Assembly (NCBI GenBank): GCA_002269645.1
Contig: NIVC01000656.1
Coordinates: forward strand, 115,263-179,262
Direction: 5' to 3'
From: Macrostomum lignano
Taxonomy: Eukaryota
DNA: 64,000 nt
In this document: piece after piece, positions 59,490-64,000 of the stretch
Layout: the number at the start of each line of letters is the position of its first letter
Position numbering within the stretch: position 1 is the stretch's first letter
The notes under the pieces: generated by a model
Databases searched by the model: none
Seen by the model: only the letters and a program-made list of their open reading frames with translations
Told to the model about the DNA's origin: nothing
Position numbers and translations under genes: made by a program

Positions 59490-60610
59490 CTCAGCAGCTC
59501 TGGGAGGCTGGCCCAGCAACTGAGGCTCTGGGAGGCTGGCCCAGCAACTGAGGCTCTGGGAGGCTGGCCCAGCAACTGACACTCTGGGAGGCTGGCCCAG
59601 CAACTGACACTCTGGGAGGCTGGCCCAGCAATTGAGGATCTGGGAAGCTGGCCCAGCAACTGACACTCTGGGAGGCTGGCCCAGCAACTGAGGATCTGGG
59701 AGGCTGGCCCAGCAACTGAGGATCTGGGAGGCTGGCCCAGCAATTGAGGATCTGGGAGGCTGGCCCAGCAACTGGGATCTGGGAGGCTGGCCCAGCAACT
59801 AAGGATCTGGGAGGCTGGCCAGCAGCAATTGAGGATCTGGGAGGCTGGCCCAGCAACTGAGGATCTGGGAGGCTGGCCCAGCAACTGAGGATCTGGGAGG
59901 CCGGGCCAGCAACTGAGGATCTGGGAGGCTGGCCAAGCAACTGACACTCTGGGAGGCTGGCCCAGCAACTGAGGCTCTGGGAGGCTGGGCCAGCAACGAG
60001 GATCTGGGAGGCTGGCCCAGCAACTGAGAATCTGGGAGGCTGGCCCAGCAACTGAGGCTCTGGGAGGCTGGCCCAGCAACTGACACTCTGGGAGGCTGGC
60101 CCAGCAACTGACACTCTGGGAGGCTGGCCCAGCAATTGAGGATCTGGGAAGCTGGCCCAGCAACTGACACTCTGGGAGGCTGGCCCAGCAACTGACACTC
60201 TGGGAGGCTGGCCCAGCAATTGAGGATCTGGGAGCTGGCCCAGCAACTGACACTCTGGGAGGCTGGCCCAGCAACTGACACTCTGGGAGGCTGGCCCAGC
60301 AACTGACACTCTGGGAGGCTGGCCCAGCAACTGACACTCTGGGAGGCTGGCCCAGCAATTGAGGATCTGGGAAGCTGGCCCAGCAACTGACACTCTGGGA
60401 GGCTGGCCCAGCAACTGACACTCTGGGAGGCTGGCCCAGCAACTGACACTCTGGGAGGCTGGCCCAGCAACTGACACTCTGGGAGGCTGGCCCAGCAACT
60501 GACACTCTGGGAGGCTGGCCCAGCAACTGACATCTGGGAGGCTGGCCCAGCAACTGACATCTGGGAGGCTGGCCCAGCAATTGAGGATCTGGGAGGCTGG
60601 CCCAGCAACG
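59490..60610. repeat. Minisatellite, 28-bp unit (dispersed family), upstream of FBXW5-like
   Basis: Tandem ctgggaggctggcccagcaactga(ggat/cact). Confidence 0.97.
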
Positions 60611-60774
60611 TGTCTGTTGGAGGCTTCCAGGCTTGCAGAAGGCTGCAGGCAATGGAATAATAAAAAAACAGTTAAGAGACAGCAGTTATCAGTTACACTT
60701 TTGACAATTATGACAACTATATAATTATTGCCCAGCAAATGAGCGATTAGGATACACAATAAAGCAGCAGCTAG

Positions 60775-61115
60775 AAACTGTGTAAGCGGGCATGACAGTG
60801 GAATTTAACAAACTTAGCTAACCTATAGCACAGAGCTATTACGTACCCTGACATTTTTCAACAAAAGTGTTTTGAATAAAGATTCTAGCATTTAATAGTG
60901 CAGATTAGCAAACTGATGAAGGAAGTAAGGTAGATTATTATTTATAACTATGTAAGCGGGCATGACAGTGGAAAATTTAACAAACTTAGAACCTATAGCA
61001 CAGAGCTATTACGTACCCTGACATTTTTCAACAAAAGTGTTTTGAATAAAGATTCTAGCATTTAATAGTGCAGATTAGCAAACTGATGAAGGAAGTAAGG
61101 TAGATTATTATTTAT
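60775..61115. repeat. Direct tandem duplication of ~170 bp
   Basis: tgtaagcgggcatgacagtgga...ggtagattattattt occurs twice in succession. Confidence 0.9.
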
Positions 61116-61439
61116 ATTATATAATACAAACTGAATAAGAGCAGTAAGCTTAAAAATGAACGCATGTAAAGCCACAAACGAGAGGGGCATTTGTAAGAAA
61201 GTAGAAAATGAAAAACACCTCTCTATTAGACACCTTCATTAAATAACGAATTGTCGAATTTGTCAAACACCTGAGCGTCTCATAATATTGATACGCTAGA
61301 TAGTCTACTGCAGAGTTACCCGGTAGTAGTAGTTGTTAAGCTAGAGAAATTCGACTATTATTAAAGTTGAAATTTTATTTTTAGGGTGGCGCCTCGGCCC
61401 TGCCGATCAACAGTTTGGCTTTCCCTCTTGCCCGCATGC

Positions 61440-61970
61440 ATCTGAATTTGACCTCTCTCCTTACTGCACTCTCATTGGCTGAGCTAGATTGGGCCTGCCC
61501 CTAGGCGGAGTTTTGTCCACTGACTCTGACTTCTCTCTTTACTGCACTCTTATTGGCTGAGCTAGATTGGGCCTGCCCTTAGAGTCTTAGACCAACTTTC
61601 GTCCGCCTGACTTTCACTTCTCTCCTTGCTGCTCTCTCATTGGCTGAGCTAGATTGGGCCTGCCCCCTAGGCGGAGTTTTGTCCTCTGACTCCGACGTCT
61701 CTCCTTACTGCTCTCATTGGCTGAGCTAGATTGGGCCTGCATTTAGTCTTAGACCAACTTTCGTCCGCCTGACTTTCACTTCTCTCCTTGCTGCTCTCTC
61801 ATTGGCTGAGCTTGGGCCTGCCCCCTAGGCGGAGTTTTGTCCTCTGACTCCGACGTCTCTCCTTACTGCTCTCATTGGCTGAGCTAGATTGGGCCTGCAT
61901 TTAGTCTTAGACCAACTTTCGTCCGCCTGACTTTCACTTCTCTCCTTGCTGCTCTCTCATTGGCTGATGC
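61440..61970. repeat. Composite tandem repeat with ctctcattggctgagctagattgggcc core
   Basis: About six copies of the core, alternating with cccctaggcggagttttgtc or ttagaccaactttcgtccgcc. Confidence 0.85.
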
Positions 61971-62944
61971 TTAAATATCGAATTTTTTGTTGTCTATGGC
62001 CCAAACCCTGTCTTGTTTAATTAATTTAATCGTACAATCCTCCTGTTTCTTATATTGTCCCAACTTTAATTGACAAAACAGCATTAAATATAATTGACCG
62101 GAAAAGCGCCAAAAATTAACTACTAGAATAAAGCAATTGTGAATACAGCATGGTGGTACATAAATAGCAAAACAACACAATAAAAACGTGTTTTCTTAAA
62201 AACACAAAGACGCATTTTATTTTACTATTTATTTTTCATATAAAATTGATAACGCGAGAACAAAGATTATAACAAGTGAAAAGGGTAATTTCTATGAAAA
62301 TTCGATTTAAAAACATTTACAAATCGAAAAACGCAATTAGCTGCCCCTACAACAAGCCTACGCTTATAATAATTACCATAGACTAATCAAGTAGGAAGAG
62401 CATTTCTTTTAACGAGCTATTCGCTATTATACTACTCAACTGCTGTTTTGTAAGTAGTTCAGAAGAATAATCTACAAAAATTAACTACAGTTTGAAAGTT
62501 TACGATATATGTAGGAGACAGAGCGACAAGAAGTTAATTAATATGCGATTAAAGCTGCTGCAATGGATAGGAATTGGAAAAAGGTATAGTTTCTTTAGTC
62601 TTTGTTTAAGACATGAAATCAAAAAATTGGGATAGGACGGGTTTATGAATTGATTAGTATATATACGTTATAAACTCAACGGAGCGTTCATAGTTTGAAG
62701 TTCAGTTTAGTTAGTCAGGTCGGCTCCGCCATCGGTTTATGTTTTGCCAACAGCGTAAGCCGGTATGGGTTGCTGCGGAAGCACAGAGTGGGATCGGGTT
62801 ATAACCATTGTGCATATTTGGCGTGTATTTTAATTAATTAAGTACAGTTCTATTTCATTACTAATCTCCCTTTAGACTTTTGCTCTTGTATTAGCTCCTT
62901 CCTAATCTCCCGCGCCTCTCTTAAACTCACCTTTCCGCCTCTCT

Positions 62945-64000
62945 AATCTCTCCTCTCGGCCTCTGTATCTCCCTCTCGGCCTCTGTATCTCCTCTCGCCT
63001 CTGTATCTCCTCTCGGCCTCTGTATCTCCCTCTGCCTCTGTATCTCCCTCTCGGCCTCTGTATCTCCCTCTTGGCCTCTGTATCTCCCTCTCGGCCTCTG
63101 TATCTCCCTCTCGGCCTCTGTATCTCCCTCTCGGCCTCTGTATCTCCCTCTCGGCCTCTGTATCTCCCTCTCCCTCTGTATCTCCCTCTTCGGCCTCTGT
63201 ATCTCCCTCTCGGCCTCTGTATCTCCCTCTCGGCCTCTGTATCTCCCTCTCGGCCTCTGTATCTCCCTCTCGGCCTCTGTATCTCCCTCTCGGCCTCTGT
63301 ATCTCCCTCTCGGCCTCTGTATCTCCCTCTCGGCTCTGTATCTCCCTCTCGGCCTCTGTATCTCCCTCTCGGCCTCTGTATCCCCTCTCGGCCTCTGTAT
63401 CTCCCTCTCGCCTCTGTATCTCCCTCTCGGCCTCTGTATCTCCTCTCGGCCTCTGTATCTCCCTCTCGGCCTCTGTATCTCCCTCTCGGCCTCTGTATCT
63501 CCCTCTGGCCTCTGTATCTCCCTCTCGGCCTCTGTATCTCCCTCTCGGCCTCTGTATCTCCCTCTCGGCCTCTGTATCTCCCTCTCGGCCTCTGTATCTC
63601 CCTCTGCCTCTGTATCTCCCTCTCGGCCTCTGTATCCCTCTCGGCCTCTGTATCTCCCTCTCGGCTCTGTATCTCCCTCTGGCCTCTGTATCTCCCTTTC
63701 GGCCTCTGTATCTCCCTCTGGCCTCTGTATCTCCCTCTTCGGCCTCTGTATCTCCCTCTCGGCCTCTGTATCTCCCTCTCGCCTCTATCTCTCTCGCCTC
63801 TGTATCTCCCTCTCGGCCTCTGTATCTCCCTCTTCCCTCTGTATCTCCCTCTCGGCCTCTGTATCTCCCTCTCGGCCTCTGTATCTCCCTCTTCCTCTCC
63901 AATCCCTCTTTGGCCTCACTATCTCCCTCTCGGCTCTCTAATCTCCCTCTTCGGCTTCTCTAATCTCCCCTTTCGGCTTCTCTAATCTCCCCTCTCGGCT
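62945..64000. repeat. Pyrimidine-rich minisatellite, 20-bp unit, runs off the window
   Basis: Tandem ggcctctgtatctccctctc. Confidence 0.97.

Noticed and set aside
59409-60759. Overlapping 130-420 aa ORFs (CWASLPDPQLLGQPP)
   Set aside because: Translations of the 28-bp minisatellite.
62700-62830. GC-richer patch, possibly the terminal exon of a minus-strand gene beyond the window
   Set aside because: Only a ~37-codon open frame with no recognisable motif.
62943-63985. Charged 319-aa and 304-aa ORFs
   Set aside because: Translations of a 20-bp purine/pyrimidine repeat.
7560-64000. CRISPR-like appearance of the 21-43-bp repeats
   Set aside because: The units are head-to-tail with no unique spacers, there are no cas genes, and the context is eukaryotic.

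Overview
Eukaryotic (animal) genomic DNA. Intron-containing genes, AT-rich spacers and a very high density of minisatellites suggest a flatworm such as Macrostomum; this is inference only. Five protein-coding genes could be rebuilt exon by exon from GT-AG junctions and motif recognition. They are a TruA/PUSL1-like pseudouridine synthase (+, with an in-frame TGA in its catalytic motif), an EBAG9/RCAS1-like gene (+), tyrosine aminotransferase (+), LAS1-like (-) and FBXW5-like (-). A tRNA-Lys(CTT) gene is also present. All 15 inferred coding introns of these genes contain a tandem-repeat array. Mobile DNA includes a decayed RNase H-bearing LINE, a 117-bp MITE (TAA TSD) and a 1.2-kb non-autonomous hAT-like element (8-bp TSD). 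There is also a full-length 3.47-kb THAP9/P-element-like transposon (TIRs, 8-bp TSD). Finally, a 6.3-kb EnSpm/CACTA-type element (TIRs, TA flanks) carries a spliced but damaged transposase, an OB-fold-like ORF and a BEN-domain-like gene. Most long ORFs in the supplied track are artefacts of stop-free repeat units. All family assignments come from motif recognition by eye; no database searches were run.
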